NCBI GenBank assembly: GCA_017548925.1
Contig: JAFYYX010000001.1
Location: forward strand, 828,658 to 892,657
Origin: Bacilli bacterium
GTDB taxonomy: Bacteria > Bacillota_I > Bacilli_A > RF39 > UBA660
Reading direction: 5' to 3'
Length of the DNA: 64,000 nt
In this document: one piece after another, positions 63,201 through 64,000 of the stretch
Position numbering within the stretch: the first letter of the stretch is position 1
How the letters are laid out: each line of letters begins with the position of its first letter
Notes under the pieces: generated by a model
Told to the model about the DNA's origin: nothing
The model's database searches: none
Seen by the model: the letters and a program-made list of their open reading frames with translations, nothing else
Position numbers and translations under genes: made by a program

Positions 63201-64000
63201 ATTAGCAACTCTAGCATCAAATATTTTTTCTAAATCTAATGAGATTGTTGATAAGTCTTCTATTGTGTTCGCGTAATATCTTATTGTTTTATGATTATCC
63301 CAGCAATGAGGAATCATCTTTAAATAACTCCATTTTTCTGGCTCTTTCGTGAAAACAACAAACTTTAGATCTGTATATGAATGAAAAGTAATCATTTGAA
63401 GGAAAACATTATCCATAAATTTTTTTACTAAATCATCACTTCCAACAATCGCACTTATATTACTATCTGTAAAGTTATAAGAAATTGGGACATTCTCTAA
63501 AACAAGAGAGGATTTAACTATTTCCTTCATCTTAGTTAAAAGACTATCTTCTTCATCAATAGAAAACTTATCTACAGGAACGTTTATTTGAAGCAAAGTT
63601 TTACGATTACCAAGACCAACTCTGATTGATAAAAAATCATCATGATCAATATTTCTTTGCCACAATTCTTTCTTTTTATTTAAAATAATATTTGAACAAT
63701 CGGCAGCAGACGGATAGTTTTCGCATATAGTATCTTTTTGTCTATTTTTTAAATCATTTATTTCATTTGATTTTTTATCAAGATATGCACTATATTTTTC
63801 TACACGCTTATTTTCGCGAAGTCTTAATCTTTTTTTGTTTAATTTTCTTGTAATGGTTGGCCATAAAATAGCTCCTAATATCATCGAAACTGACATAGAA
63901 ATAGATACTAATAATCTCAGAAAACTACCTTGTCCAGACATATACATAGATACATAGCTTAAGAAGGAAAGCAATGACGTAGCAACCATGGTAACTTGTG
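60204..64000 (-). CDS. essC: EssC/YukB-like T7SS FtsK/SpoIIIE ATPase. Partial: the reading frame stays open to the window edge.
   Basis: The D1 block [36 protein letters not shown]...[10 protein letters not shown], Walker B [11 protein letters not shown] and an ILATQKP motif match the EssC D1 signature. Two further degenerate P-loop regions follow ([13 protein letters not shown] and others). N-terminal TM helices. There is no in-frame stop between 63989 and 64000. Confidence 0.8.
   Translation of the reverse strand, partial: [1264 protein letters not shown]

Noticed and set aside
60204-64000. Considered calling the 1261 aa FtsK-like protein a TcpA-type conjugative coupling protein rather than EssC
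   Set aside because: The D1 block [21 protein letters not shown]...IDYKGGG and Walker B ICDEFAEL match the EssC/YukB signature closely. The gene is followed by YukD-like and WXG-like genes, and a separate VirD4 is present.

Overview
This is a 64 kb chromosomal segment of a very AT-rich, low-GC Gram-positive bacterium (Bacillota) using the standard genetic code. Gene order is Bacillus-like: rodZ-pgsA-recA-rny, gpsB-rnpB, recU-ponA-dnaD, and yut/yun-type genes. Nearly all genes from 1 to 20.4 kb and from 36.2 to 64 kb are on the minus strand.

The window has three parts:
(i) 1-13 kb. Housekeeping GTPase genes (der, engB) are interleaved with five large 'modular' type IV pilin-like genes. Each has a class III prepilin leader of the form KKGFTLxE followed by a hydrophobic helix. 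Four of them carry a shared Gly-rich module and one carries a leucine-rich-repeat module. The same region holds a lytic transglycosylase and a thioredoxin-CcdA disulfide system. No pilus motor, platform or prepilin peptidase gene is present in the window.
(ii) 13-41 kb. Core genes: a cysteine desulfurase, a HerA-like ATPase, rny, recA, pgsA, a type B RNase P RNA, gpsB, recU, ponA and dnaD. There are two tRNA clusters (7 + 5 tRNAs) that bracket a small set of possibly accessory genes. These are an orphan PD-(D/E)XK nuclease, an ATP-grasp ligase with a racemase, and a UvrD-like helicase. The rest of this part carries yut-like genes, rluB, dacA-like, rmuC, dedA and a rhodanese gene.
(iii) 41.6-64 kb. 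This is the most unusual part. It is a tightly packed, entirely minus-strand array of 22 genes that mixes two machineries. One is a type VII secretion (T7SSb) core: an EssC/YukB-like multi-FtsK ATPase that runs off the window edge, a YukD/EsaB ubiquitin-like protein, and WXG100-like and other small helical proteins. The other is a Firmicutes-type conjugative type IV secretion set: a VirB2-like two-TM protein, two secreted Cys-rich proteins sharing that C-terminal module, VirB6-like, VirB3-like and VirB4 proteins, a SpoIID-like plus NlpC/P60 cell-wall hydrolase, and a VirD4 coupling protein. No relaxase, integrase or attachment repeat is visible in the window. The element probably continues beyond 64 kb.

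No CRISPR array or rRNA gene was seen.
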